A stretch of 64,000 nucleotides of DNA, taken from IMG/VR virus record IMGVR_UViG_3300028832_000112, positions 41,681 through 105,680 of that record; one strand, 5' to 3'. The notes below the pieces were generated by a model that was given only the letters and a program-made list of their open reading frames with translations, ran no database searches and was not told the DNA's origin. How positions within the stretch are numbered: position 1 is the stretch's first letter; each line of letters opens with the position of its first letter. This DNA comes from a virus. Taxonomy: Duplodnaviria > Caudoviricetes. Of the stretch, positions 37,382 to 46,501 are shown one piece after another. The translations under genes were made by a program, and so were the position numbers.

Positions 37382-37921
37382 ATGATAATCGACAACTTAA
37401 TAGACCAGATGGTCAAGTTGCGCAAGGCGTACGGCCCTATCGAAGTGGACTTCTGCGATACGCAATGCTTCGGCGCTCTGCACGACCAGGTGGCAATCCG
37501 CATTGATGAATTTGGCGACGTCCTCGCCGTCCTCCAGTCCGCTTACCGCAAGAAGAAGTACAAGTTCAACAAGGTCATGCAGAATGACTCGTGGCTCCAG
37601 TTCAAGGAACCGAATACCAGCGACAAGGAAGCCAAGCGACGCTGGGCGGAAGCCGGAAAGCCGAGCAAGATGCATCCGGTCGTCATCAAGGACTCCGTTG
37701 ACACTAGACCTCTGATTGGCTATGCGGTTATCTGGGGACAGTACAGCCTCAACTTGAACCGTTTCGAGACAACGGAAGTGTATATGGAGTCTCGGAACAC
37801 TGGCGAGGATCTGCTGAATGACGCTCACAACACGATTCCCCGTATTTGCTGTGGATGGAAGTTCATCAACTTGGTCAACCTCGGCGAAGTGAAGGTAGGC
37901 AATGAAAAGACAAGCGATTAA
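37382..37921 (+). CDS. Hypothetical protein (leaderless)
   Basis: MIIDNLIDQM start fixed by promoter. Confidence 0.7.
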   Translation: MIIDNLIDQMVKLRKAYGPIEVDFCDTQCFGALHDQVAIRIDEFGDVLAVLQSAYRKKKYKFNKVMQNDSWLQFKEPNTSDKEAKRRWAEAGKPSKMHPVVIKDSVDTRPLIGYAVIWGQYSLNLNRFETTEVYMESRNTGEDLLNDAHNTIPRICCGWKFINLVNLGEVKVGNEKTSD

Positions 37922-38381
37922 GATTTTCTCGCGAGACGACTTTAAGTTCGTCCAGTCCGCTGCGAATAAGTTCCTTGAGTCGATCAGTCCGGAAGACGTC
38001 GTATCGATAACCAATACTCAAGTAGACCACGACATGCGAGGAACTGGGCTGCGCTCGCAAGACTTCTATGTTATCTACACGATAACGATAGTTTACATGT
38101 ACGACTACACACAAGCTAAAATCGAAGAGGAAATCAACGCGCTTAATGCGACCATCGCCAAGCTTGTGAATGACGCCGAATCGACCAGCTGCGACCGAAT
38201 CTATCTCGGTGAGTATGAACGTTTCTTGCCAGTGAAGCTCGTCTGGGGAGCGTCGAAGGTAGATGTCATCAACAACGTGTTCGAGACTGAGGAATACAAG
38301 ACGCTGCGGCAAGAAATCGTGGACAAGTGGTACGCCAAGGATACCGACTACAACAAGACGTTTGTCGCCGAGGAGGATTAG
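37902..38381 (+). CDS. Hypothetical protein
   Basis: Operon context. Confidence 0.65.
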   Translation: MKRQAIKIFSRDDFKFVQSAANKFLESISPEDVVSITNTQVDHDMRGTGLRSQDFYVIYTITIVYMYDYTQAKIEEEINALNATIAKLVNDAESTSCDRIYLGEYERFLPVKLVWGASKVDVINNVFETEEYKTLRQEIVDKWYAKDTDYNKTFVAEED

Positions 38382-38384
38382 GTT

Positions 38385-38756
38385 ATGAATTATCAGTCAT
38401 TCCGGACTTGCGTCCGTTCGTATTTTCCAAACATCCGTTTTTATGACAACCTAATTTATCTGTTTCCGAACGATCTTACCAAGTGTCGCGGCAATAGCGA
38501 CGTCCTCATACAGCTTTGCAAGGAATTCAATCTTCCGTATGATCGCATCTTGATTAAGAATTTCTGGAAGTCGCAGAACCTCGTGATCGGATATACCGAC
38601 TGGACGAACGCTTGGGAGACCGAAGAGCATGGCGGTGCCGACTACAGCTATTCATTCAGTGGGAATACCCACGTGCTGGAGGTCGAAGAACGGTTGCTCC
38701 GCCTATTGAAGCTGGCACACGATTCAAACTGCTTCCACTACAACAAGGTTAAGTGA
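38385..38756 (+). CDS. Hypothetical protein
   Basis: RBS GAGGAGG. Confidence 0.65.
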   Translation: MNYQSFRTCVRSYFPNIRFYDNLIYLFPNDLTKCRGNSDVLIQLCKEFNLPYDRILIKNFWKSQNLVIGYTDWTNAWETEEHGGADYSYSFSGNTHVLEVEERLLRLLKLAHDSNCFHYNKVK

Positions 38757-39505
38757 TGAAATACGTCGGCATTACAGAGACTTATGACCCGTGCTTCGTT
38801 CCGGACTGGGAGACCAGACTCCTCGAAGCCAACGTCGTCATATCCAAGGAGCTATCGGATGAGATGGTCGAAAAGCTCCTTATCGTACAGAACCGGGTGA
38901 TATTCCATCACACGGTCACTGGACAAGGCGGTTCCGTGTTGGAACCCAATGTCAAGACGCCAGAACACGAATTCGACCAGTTCAAGAAACTCGTCGAACG
39001 TGGGTTCGACACCACGCACTACGTCCTCCGTCTGGATCCGATCGTTCTGCTGAACAAGGAATGCCAGGACAACATATACAAGGTTCTTGATATGTGGAGC
39101 GGCTACGCAAAGGAGCATGGGATTGTGCTCCGATGCCGCGTATCGGTAGTCGACTTGTATCCTCATGCGGTGGATCGCATGAGGAACAAGGGCGTTACCC
39201 TTCTGTGGAAGAGTTTCAAGGCTCCGAAGGCGGTGTTCCACCGTACCGAGTCCATCCTTGGCAAGTACACGGAATGGTTCCACTTCGAGAGCTGCGCCGA
39301 GACCGACTTTACCGCCGACTTCATCGACAAGATGGGATGCGTGAGCTACAAGGACTTGCGTCTGCTTAACATCAAGGACGCCCAGTACACTGCACCGCTT
39401 ACGAAGCAGCGAGAAAATTGCATGTGCTTGGCGAAGCGCCAGATTCTTGGCATACGTCCTCGACGTTGTCCGCACGGATGCCTTTACTGTTTTTGGGAGG
39501 ATTGA
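38753..39505 (+). CDS. DUF1848 family (SP-lyase/radical-SAM-related) protein
   Basis: TVTG..LEPNV, RLDPI, SCAE, QRENCMC, CPHGCLYCFW. Confidence 0.8.
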   Translation: MMKYVGITETYDPCFVPDWETRLLEANVVISKELSDEMVEKLLIVQNRVIFHHTVTGQGGSVLEPNVKTPEHEFDQFKKLVERGFDTTHYVLRLDPIVLLNKECQDNIYKVLDMWSGYAKEHGIVLRCRVSVVDLYPHAVDRMRNKGVTLLWKSFKAPKAVFHRTESILGKYTEWFHFESCAETDFTADFIDKMGCVSYKDLRLLNIKDAQYTAPLTKQRENCMCLAKRQILGIRPRRCPHGCLYCFWED

Positions 39506-39508
39506 CCC

Positions 39509-39784
39509 ATGATGCTCTATTACCTTGTCAACAGCGTGGAGACCAAGAACCACAAGTATTTCCGCAACGGAAGCGATATGGGCGGCGAACGATATGACGG
39601 AACCAACCGTCTTCTCGACGCTCGCTTCTTTACTTCGGAGGACGAAGCCAAGTCCTATATCAAGACGGCCAACAGCTGGTGGACGAAGTACGACTTCCAC
39701 GTATGCACCATCACGTCGGACGAGCTGATGGACTTGATGGTGGCACAGAAACTGAAATCATTTATCTTATCGGACATGTGCTAG
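39509..39784 (+). CDS. Hypothetical protein
   Basis: RBS GGAGG. Confidence 0.65.
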   Translation: MMLYYLVNSVETKNHKYFRNGSDMGGERYDGTNRLLDARFFTSEDEAKSYIKTANSWWTKYDFHVCTITSDELMDLMVAQKLKSFILSDMC

Positions 39785-39787
39785 ACT

Positions 39788-40060
39788 ATGATCATTCGTT
39801 TGTTTGACTACGAACTGCGTATAAACGTGTCTCTCGTTAATACGAAGGCCAAGCTGTATTACATCCGCGCCACTTGGACGGACGGCACTGTCGGCTATTA
39901 CGGCATCGGGCAGAACGTCAAGGGCGACATCTGGTATCCGGTATGCAACAAGCAGTATGCCATGTGCTATTACCGCAAGGAAGCCAAGAAGCAGCTGAAG
40001 ATGCTGCGCTATCTGTTCCGCAAGGATACTTCGATGTCGCTTGCCTTAGAGGAAGTATGA
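39788..40060 (+). CDS. Hypothetical protein
   Basis: Operon context. Confidence 0.6.
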   Translation: MIIRLFDYELRINVSLVNTKAKLYYIRATWTDGTVGYYGIGQNVKGDIWYPVCNKQYAMCYYRKEAKKQLKMLRYLFRKDTSMSLALEEV

Positions 40061-40467
40061 AGTACGAATTTATCTTCAAGGTGTTCAAGGACTACTACTG
40101 TTCCAAGTACGTCCATTCGCATCTTGTAGGCTACTTCAGGAGCGAAGCCTCTGCCGATCGAGAAATTTCCTATCTGAAAAAGCACGAGTTCGAACTCGGT
40201 CACCGGGTCGAGTATCGTATTGAAAAGGAATCGGCTACTCTGTATCCGAACATGGTGGCCGACTGGGAGGCGGAAGACCGCGAGGCAGAACTAGAAGAAC
40301 AACGTGCATTCGCTCCTATTCCGCTTCCGAGAGTACGCAAGCGGTTTCCGTCCTTGCTGGCACAGTCGGCAATGGAATTCAATATCGAGGAGTTCCATCA
40401 AAAAACGGCGAACAACATGATGTCGTTCGTCCGTTCAATGCAAAAGCATCGCCGTCACCGCCGCTAG
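40057..40467 (+). CDS. Hypothetical with major-capsid Gol-like segment (paralog of 42698-43255)
   Basis: GYFRS domain; FAPIPLPRVRKRFPSLLAQ; RBS GAGGA. Confidence 0.7.
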   Translation: MKYEFIFKVFKDYYCSKYVHSHLVGYFRSEASADREISYLKKHEFELGHRVEYRIEKESATLYPNMVADWEAEDREAELEEQRAFAPIPLPRVRKRFPSLLAQSAMEFNIEEFHQKTANNMMSFVRSMQKHRRHRR

Positions 40468-41081
40468 CGAAGTATCTCCCGTTTTGTCGTGCTTTCATGT
40501 ACGAACTTGACCGCTTCCATGATGTAGCGAGTATAGACGGGAACTTTATCATTTAGTATCTTCACGACATCATCTTCTTCGAGGACGTCGGCCTTCAGTT
40601 CGCTCATTTTTGTCAACGAGGCCAGCTTGACCTTGTGGTTCTCGCTGCAATTCGCCACGTTTGGCGCAAGCAATCCGGACAGCACGACGGACGGCCCAGA
40701 AATGTAGAGCAGCGCGTTGTAAGGGTCGATCTCGACCGCTTTCACGTAATACGCCGTGCGGACGATTCCTTCATTCACCGCAATCCAGTGCTGCAGAAGA
40801 TCTCCGCTGATCGCTTGAAGGATCGGCGGTACACTTTGCTCCAACAGATTCTTGATGTCTTCTGGTTCGACGATCGATTCTTTCTGTTCTTCGCGTAGTT
40901 CCTTCATCAGCGTACACATCGCCGCCGACGGCGACGGAAATGCCGACAGCCGTTCAAGCAGTTCGTTCTTTTCGCAACTGAACGTGCATCGTACATTGTC
41001 CTTGAACTGACGGTAAAGTCGTTCGAAAGCGTCCAGCGCGACGTTGACGTCGTATGACATTAGGTTGAGTGGCGTTTCCAT
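40464..41081 (-). CDS. Hypothetical protein (coiled coil + beta domain family)
   Basis: RBS AAGGA. Confidence 0.7.
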   Translation of the reverse strand: METPLNLMSYDVNVALDAFERLYRQFKDNVRCTFSCEKNELLERLSAFPSPSAAMCTLMKELREEQKESIVEPEDIKNLLEQSVPPILQAISGDLLQHWIAVNEGIVRTAYYVKAVEIDPYNALLYISGPSVVLSGLLAPNVANCSENHKVKLASLTKMSELKADVLEEDDVVKILNDKVPVYTRYIMEAVKFVHESTTKREILR

Positions 41082-41084
41082 TTA

Positions 41085-41942
41085 CTATAGTTCCTTGATA
41101 TATTCGAGTAGTTCCTGGACTTCCTTGTTCTTCTTTGCGTCCTTGCCCAAGAAAGTCATTGTGTGCAATGCCATATTCTTGGCGAATGTTTCAGACGTGC
41201 CGTACCAGCTGTTAAGGTTGTCGGAAATCTCGTCGAATGCCCTACGACCGTCGCTCGCCCACCTATCGTCTGCGACGAGCGGCTTCCATACCTTGTAGTA
41301 CATTTCCATCTTTTGATTGCTAGAATCACTACGCCCGATGAGAAAACCGTCCTTGAACAAGTTTCCGTTGTATACATCTTTATAGTCGGATCCGCCCCAT
41401 AAAGGAATAACGATGGAGGAATGAGGCTTTCCCTTGCTGTCATAGGCAAGTCCGTTCACTTCTGCGAAGTGTACAGAAGCGGGTTTCAGTGAAATGCCTT
41501 CATCGTCGTAGTCGACTTCCTTCAGTCCGCCGTGGTCGAAGTTGAACTTCAGTGAGAAGTTTTCTCCCCAGCCGTCGGAAATCTGTCCGTCCAAGTCTTC
41601 TTTGAGACCATCAAGGTAGGGACGGATCGTTTTCTTGTTCATCAAGTCACTGGGCTTTCCGCAGCATAGCTGTTCGTCGATCGTCGCCATGAAGCAGACA
41701 TATAGCTTTCCGTCCCTAACGGTCACGTGCTGCGTGATGTCGATGACGTGAGCTCGCAAGTCCGGCAGCAAGTGGTGGAGACATTTTGCAAGGGACAGCT
41801 CCGTGTCGAATTCGAACACGGCCAGCTTTGTCTCGATTATGTCGATTAGCTTGACAGTCTGCTCGGCGGTAAGGTCTACCGGATATCCGTCCTCGTCTTC
41901 GATGTAAAACGGTGCTAGGAATCTGATTTGGGTGTGGAACAT
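41085..41942 (-). CDS. Hypothetical, GQISDGWGE family
   Basis: IRFLAP...LDGQISDGWGEN. Confidence 0.75.
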   Translation of the reverse strand: MFHTQIRFLAPFYIEDEDGYPVDLTAEQTVKLIDIIETKLAVFEFDTELSLAKCLHHLLPDLRAHVIDITQHVTVRDGKLYVCFMATIDEQLCCGKPSDLMNKKTIRPYLDGLKEDLDGQISDGWGENFSLKFNFDHGGLKEVDYDDEGISLKPASVHFAEVNGLAYDSKGKPHSSIVIPLWGGSDYKDVYNGNLFKDGFLIGRSDSSNQKMEMYYKVWKPLVADDRWASDGRRAFDEISDNLNSWYGTSETFAKNMALHTMTFLGKDAKKNKEVQELLEYIKEL

Positions 41943-41959
41943 ATTGGCCTCGTTATTGC

Positions 41960-42364
41960 TTACTCGTTGAGTTCATACGGGTTTTCGTAGCTTTCGTCAC
42001 CGTGGTACAAGCGCAGCCAGCGAAGGGTTTCTTCCATGTCGACGTCAGGATAGTACTTCTTCCACGTATCGTATGCGTCCAGCGGCTTGTCTGGCTTCGT
42101 GCGTCTGGCGCATTCCCAGTCGAGGGCGGCTTCGAACTTGTTCTTGATGTCGCCGTTGCGGTAGTGGTGGCCAGACCATGCTAGGTGGAGCTTCTTGGTC
42201 AGCTTGAGACCGAGGATCGGATAGAGGATTATCTTGTCCATGTCGTGAAACGGAAAGTAGAATCCCTTGTACAAGGCAAGCTGGTTCAGTGCCTTGCGAT
42301 GGGCCCACGTGTACTTGACATGGTCGATTCGTGCTTTGAAGATATTATTGATTGTCTTGAACAT
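41960..42364 (-). CDS. HD-like (DUF5662-type) protein, leaderless
   Basis: H..Y...HRK, HDMDK, HH, DWECAR.TKPDKPLDAY. Confidence 0.7.
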   Translation of the reverse strand: MFKTINNIFKARIDHVKYTWAHRKALNQLALYKGFYFPFHDMDKIILYPILGLKLTKKLHLAWSGHHYRNGDIKNKFEAALDWECARRTKPDKPLDAYDTWKKYYPDVDMEETLRWLRLYHGDESYENPYELNE

Positions 42365-42371
42365 GTCACCA

Positions 42372-42415
42372 AATATAGCAAATAAATTGACTTGTGTAAT
42401 TGTTTTTGCTATATT
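42372..42415. promoter_or_regulatory. Interlocked divergent leaderless promoters
   Basis: Plus TTGACT(42387)-N17-TATATT; minus ATTACA-N17-TATATT; both ATGs 7 nt downstream. Confidence 0.8.
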
Positions 42416-42422
42416 TGCTTGC

Positions 42423-42698
42423 ATGAATAAGAACTTCTGGATATTCTTTCTACGATACTTATGGGGTTGCTGCATCTCCTTTCTGTCGATGGCGTTCGTG
42501 ATTTTATACGGAATTGCGTGGCTGGCTACGGTGCTGATGATTGCGGTCGCCGTCGTGCCCGATCTGATCGGCCAAGGACTTCGCTGGCTAATCTGCAGCA
42601 TATACAGATTCTTTGGGCCGACTTGCCGCGAAGGCGAGGACTTGAGGAATCCGTTGTCTCGATTCAGTAAATGGTTTCTGGAAAAGGTTAAGCTCTGA
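42423..42698 (+). CDS. Small membrane protein (leaderless)
   Basis: Hydrophobic; start fixed by promoter. Confidence 0.65.
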   Translation: MNKNFWIFFLRYLWGCCISFLSMAFVILYGIAWLATVLMIAVAVVPDLIGQGLRWLICSIYRFFGPTCREGEDLRNPLSRFSKWFLEKVKL

Positions 42699-43255
42699 TG
42701 GGTGTAAAAATTATAGAATACAAGGGAGCCAAGCTCCACTACAAGGAACGCTGCTACGAGCTTTACCGTATCTATCCTAGCGGCAAGGAATGGTTCTGCG
42801 GCTACTTCCGTAGTCAAGAAGACTACGAGATCGAGCTGGCTCGCTGCAAGAACGAGGAAGCTGGCCCAGATGAATATGTCATCAAGGAAGTTCCTTCCGC
42901 TGGTATTCCTGTAGCCAAGATACACGACGTCGTCGAGGAGCGCAAGCGCCGCAACAAGGAAGCACGACAACGAGCCATCGAAGCCAGAAAGTGGGCCGAA
43001 GAGCGCAAGAAACTCATAGCAGACTGGGAACGCGAGGAGCGCGAATGGCGCGAGAAGCATCCCGGCCAAGCAAGACGGCTGATCGACCGTAGGTTTCCTC
43101 CGCTGTTCGATTGTCATGCGCTTCCGCCAGTTTGCACAACCCCAGACGGCATCTACAAGGCGCTTCGGTATCTTTATCCGGACTCCGTCAAGAAGTTCGT
43201 TAAGTCGACCGACTTTGCCAAGACGATCAAACCTCGTAGGAGGAAGAAACGATGA
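42698..43255 (+). CDS. Hypothetical with major-capsid Gol-like segment
   Basis: GYFRS domain, charged helix, LIDRRFPPLF...TPDGIYKALRYLY. Confidence 0.75.
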   Translation: MGVKIIEYKGAKLHYKERCYELYRIYPSGKEWFCGYFRSQEDYEIELARCKNEEAGPDEYVIKEVPSAGIPVAKIHDVVEERKRRNKEARQRAIEARKWAEERKKLIADWEREEREWREKHPGQARRLIDRRFPPLFDCHALPPVCTTPDGIYKALRYLYPDSVKKFVKSTDFAKTIKPRRRKKR

Positions 43256-43725
43256 GCAGTGCTGGAATAGCGGCGGCGAACTGTGCGCTTGCGGCCATAC
43301 ATGCGCAGAAACGCCGAGCGGAAGAGGAAGCGGAAGAGGCTGCCAAGAAGTCGAACGGCAATCCGGAGCGGCATAACTGGTATGCTTCCTATAACGAGAG
43401 GATTGCTCAAGCTGGGTCGATGATTTCTGGTATCGACAAGGAAATCCAGAATGAAACGGATCCCCACATGATCGAGTTCTTGAACATGCGCAAGGAATAC
43501 TGGGAGCGACAAGCGAAATCGTCCATGCGTCAGCGCGACCAGATGATTAAGTGGGAACATGAACGCTGGGAACGAGAACGCAAGGAGATGGAACGGTTCC
43601 ATCGTATACAAGCAATCGTCGACCCGATCGTTAATGTTGGATTTTGGATACTGGGGATTGGTAGTTTGTTTGGAATCGGTGTATTTATTTACTTTATGTT
43701 GAGGCCACTATGGACACACCTATAA
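43252..43725 (+). CDS. Hypothetical coiled-coil protein with C-terminal TM
   Basis: RBS AGGAGG. Confidence 0.7.
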   Translation: MSSAGIAAANCALAAIHAQKRRAEEEAEEAAKKSNGNPERHNWYASYNERIAQAGSMISGIDKEIQNETDPHMIEFLNMRKEYWERQAKSSMRQRDQMIKWEHERWERERKEMERFHRIQAIVDPIVNVGFWILGIGSLFGIGVFIYFMLRPLWTHL

Positions 43726-44348
43726 TAATTGGACATCAGCCAGTAGGCCGCCGTATCGACAGCGTCACGATGGCGATGATCGACACTTATATGAAAAGCT
43801 ACGAAGGCATCGACGCCAAGTACGACAAGCTAAAGCAAGGTACGGTGACTGCAAGCCGTGTAAAGCTTCGTGACACCTTGGCCGCAATTCCGCTGCATGA
43901 ACGAACTCCGGAAGAAGAACAGATGCTGGTTCGGCTGTATAACAGCGACATTTCCATTTACAAGCACCAAGAGGATAAGTTCAAGGAGTACGACGAGGTG
44001 TCGGAGAAGATTCGCAAGCTCGTCGAGGACGCCGTTCTGCACAAGTTCATCCGTCCGTTCGACCGGGAACATGAGTACATGTACGTTCAGCGTGTCTATA
44101 TGGTTCGTTCGGCTGCAGCGCCTTCTCCGTACGAGTCTCTGTGGCTGGAAGGGCCGATGCTCCGTGTCAACAGTGTCGGCCATAAGGATCAAGCGGTAGT
44201 CGCAAACTTCCATTATCACCACACTCAGCTGACACTTATCAGCATAGTCGACATCGAGGCAATCGAGAAGGACTTCAAGGACTACTGTGGCAACGTAATG
44301 TCTAACATCGACATCTTCAAGGTGTTGTGCGGAGGCGAAAATGAGTAA
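43710..44348 (+). CDS. Hypothetical (paralog of 61785-62471)
   Basis: Colinear similarity to 61785 protein. Confidence 0.7.
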   Translation: MDTPIIIGHQPVGRRIDSVTMAMIDTYMKSYEGIDAKYDKLKQGTVTASRVKLRDTLAAIPLHERTPEEEQMLVRLYNSDISIYKHQEDKFKEYDEVSEKIRKLVEDAVLHKFIRPFDREHEYMYVQRVYMVRSAAAPSPYESLWLEGPMLRVNSVGHKDQAVVANFHYHHTQLTLISIVDIEAIEKDFKDYCGNVMSNIDIFKVLCGGENE

Positions 44349-44838
44349 GTGCGTATATGTACCAATCTACAACAAGATGTCTTCTGACATGGGAGACACC
44401 GGACTGCCGTTGATGGCTACCAATCTTGACGACATAGGCTTGTTCTACATGCTGAAATCGGGGAATACGGTTGATGCAAAGACGGTGCCAGTCGTTACTG
44501 CCGAAAAACTTAGTGATAGATTCATTCGTGGCCGCAACAACTATATCATCCAGAAGGAACTTCCCGAAGGCGAGATGGCAGATGCGCTGATTAAAAAGGT
44601 CGAGGAGTTCTGGGATGACTTTGGTGAACAGTTGAAGCAAGAGCTGATTAAGAAGATGCAAGACCAACTGTCTGAACTGTCGTCTGGTCGAAAGACGGCG
44701 ACGAAGAAGACTGCCAAGAAGACGACTGCCAAGAAGGCGACCAAGAAAGTGTCGAGTAAGCCTCGTGCCGAGGAAGTCGACGATGATGGTAATGACTCGG
44801 AACCAGAAATCGACTTGAGTGAAATTCATTTGTCGTAA
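44341..44838 (+). CDS. Hypothetical with histone H1-like K/T/A repeat
   Basis: KTATKKTAKKTTAKKATKK then acidic tail. Confidence 0.7.
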   Translation: MSKCVYVPIYNKMSSDMGDTGLPLMATNLDDIGLFYMLKSGNTVDAKTVPVVTAEKLSDRFIRGRNNYIIQKELPEGEMADALIKKVEEFWDDFGEQLKQELIKKMQDQLSELSSGRKTATKKTAKKTTAKKATKKVSSKPRAEEVDDDGNDSEPEIDLSEIHLS

Positions 44839-44849
44839 GGAGGCTGATT

Positions 44850-45101
44850 ATGTTCGGAATCAAAGCAAAGGAACTGAAAGACGCATTGAAGGACGTGCCG
44901 GACGATTACGTTGTCCGTCTCGATGCTCAAGAAGGCTCGATTGCCATACCGGACTGCTATGACCGTATCGGTCGTACGTACAACCGAGGTGCTTACCAGC
45001 TTGACACGCGCTTGAGCGAAGTCAAGGGAGTCTCCGTGGATAACGACATGCAAGAAGTCGTGCTGGACGTGTATATCAACTTGGAGGAGACGAATGGCTG
45101 A
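44850..45101 (+). CDS. Hypothetical protein
   Basis: RBS AAGGAGG. Confidence 0.7.
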   Translation: MFGIKAKELKDALKDVPDDYVVRLDAQEGSIAIPDCYDRIGRTYNRGAYQLDTRLSEVKGVSVDNDMQEVVLDVYINLEETNG

Positions 45102-45474
45102 TGATACGGCTGACCAGCTGATCGAGGTAGAATTCAAGAATCTCAATGAGACCTTTATTTCTACTAAAGGTTCGGCCAAGGAAAAGATCGACGCGGTATT
45201 CGCCAAGTATCTCGGATTCCCCATCATGAGCGAGGCGGAATTCTGGAAGCACATGGCGTACAGCGTCGGCGAAAAGCTTGATACTGCGTGGCAATCGATG
45301 AGGCACGAACATGACAAGTTCTTGGCGTACCATCACGCTCTCGGAACGATGGCTAAATCATGCGATGTCGAGGAGCCCACACCGACGATTGTCCAGGGTG
45401 CTTGGGAAGAATGTAAGGTGGCGCGTCTAGCTCGTTATGATGCGCTTCGTAAACGAAAGGATGAAGAAGAATGA
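45094..45474 (+). CDS. Hypothetical protein
   Basis: RBS GGAGGAG. Confidence 0.7.
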   Translation: MADDTADQLIEVEFKNLNETFISTKGSAKEKIDAVFAKYLGFPIMSEAEFWKHMAYSVGEKLDTAWQSMRHEHDKFLAYHHALGTMAKSCDVEEPTPTIVQGAWEECKVARLARYDALRKRKDEEE

Positions 45475-45701
45475 AAGAGTTTGTTAGGAATCTAGGACGT
45501 AATTTGGGCTGGTTATTACTTATCACGCTCGCTTGCGTATTGGTTGCGGCTGTAGCCATGTTGCCGTTGGAAATCATGGGAATACTGACGACGTATTTCG
45601 GCGTTGAGTTTTCCGATGCGACGTGGTTTGTTGCTTTGATGGTATGGTGGTGGATCCTTGGAGGAACCATCATGACCGTCGATAAAATGGACAAGAGGTA
45701 A
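45471..45701 (+). CDS. Small two-TM membrane protein
   Basis: Hydrophobic; ATGA overlap. Confidence 0.65.
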   Translation: MKEFVRNLGRNLGWLLLITLACVLVAAVAMLPLEIMGILTTYFGVEFSDATWFVALMVWWWILGGTIMTVDKMDKR

Positions 45702-45703
45702 AC

Positions 45704-46321
45704 ATGAAGAACACGTTAATAGTTAACTTGTACGGTGGCCCAGGGACAGGCAAGTCGAGCGGCGCTGCATACATCTTCTCGAAGCTGAAGATGGCTGGTA
45801 TCGACGCGGAATACGTGACCGAGTTCGCGAAGGACAAGGTCTGGGAGAACAACATAGAGGCGTTCAAGTGCCAGTTCTACATTTCTGGCAAGCAATCGTT
45901 CCGTATATCACGCTGCTTCGGCAAGGTCGATGTAATCATCACCGACTCACCGATCGTATTGGGCAAGATATACGCCGATTTGATTGGCCGTCCGCAGCTC
46001 GGATTAGCTTGTCTGGAAGAGGCTGACCAGTATCCGGCTGGCAGTACGATCGAAATCTTCTTGAGACGAGTGAAGCCGTATAATACCAATGGCCGCAACC
46101 AGACAGAGGAAGAGGCCAAGAAGATCGACGAGACGGTCAAGGAGCTATTGAGGGAACGCTCTAAGACCAAGCATTACGATGTGATGGAGTATGACGGCGA
46201 CCAAGAAGGTTACGACCGTATTTACCTATTCATCAAGGATTTGCTGGAAACTCGCGAATTGGTGCGTGTCGAAGGCGAACGCCATTCTAAGGAATGGGCC
46301 GACATAGGAGCATGCGGATGA
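45704..46321 (+). CDS. AAA_28/NadR-like P-loop kinase
   Basis: GGPGTGKS, EFAKD, ITDSP, GRNQTEEEA. Confidence 0.8.
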   Translation: MKNTLIVNLYGGPGTGKSSGAAYIFSKLKMAGIDAEYVTEFAKDKVWENNIEAFKCQFYISGKQSFRISRCFGKVDVIITDSPIVLGKIYADLIGRPQLGLACLEEADQYPAGSTIEIFLRRVKPYNTNGRNQTEEEAKKIDETVKELLRERSKTKHYDVMEYDGDQEGYDRIYLFIKDLLETRELVRVEGERHSKEWADIGACG

Positions 46322-46500
46322 ATAGGGTGATTGTCGACGGAAAGGAATACATGGTGACGAAGTCTGGCAAGTTGTTTCCGACTCCGCTACCACGTCTGAG
46401 TTGGCCGGACAGTCCTCGGAAGAAGACCGACGATGACGACCGAGAGAACCCATACGTTGTCAACCCATCATTTGTTCCAGTGGTGGATCCGGTGGAATAG
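46312..46500 (+). CDS. Small hypothetical protein
   Basis: RBS AGGAG. Confidence 0.5.
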   Translation: MRMNRVIVDGKEYMVTKSGKLFPTPLPRLSWPDSPRKKTDDDDRENPYVVNPSFVPVVDPVE

Positions 46501-46501
46501 G

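Noticed and set aside
40057-43255. Split or pseudogenised major capsid gene
   Set aside because: Both ORFs carry the same short segment fused to an unrelated domain; the rest of the capsid fold is not seen
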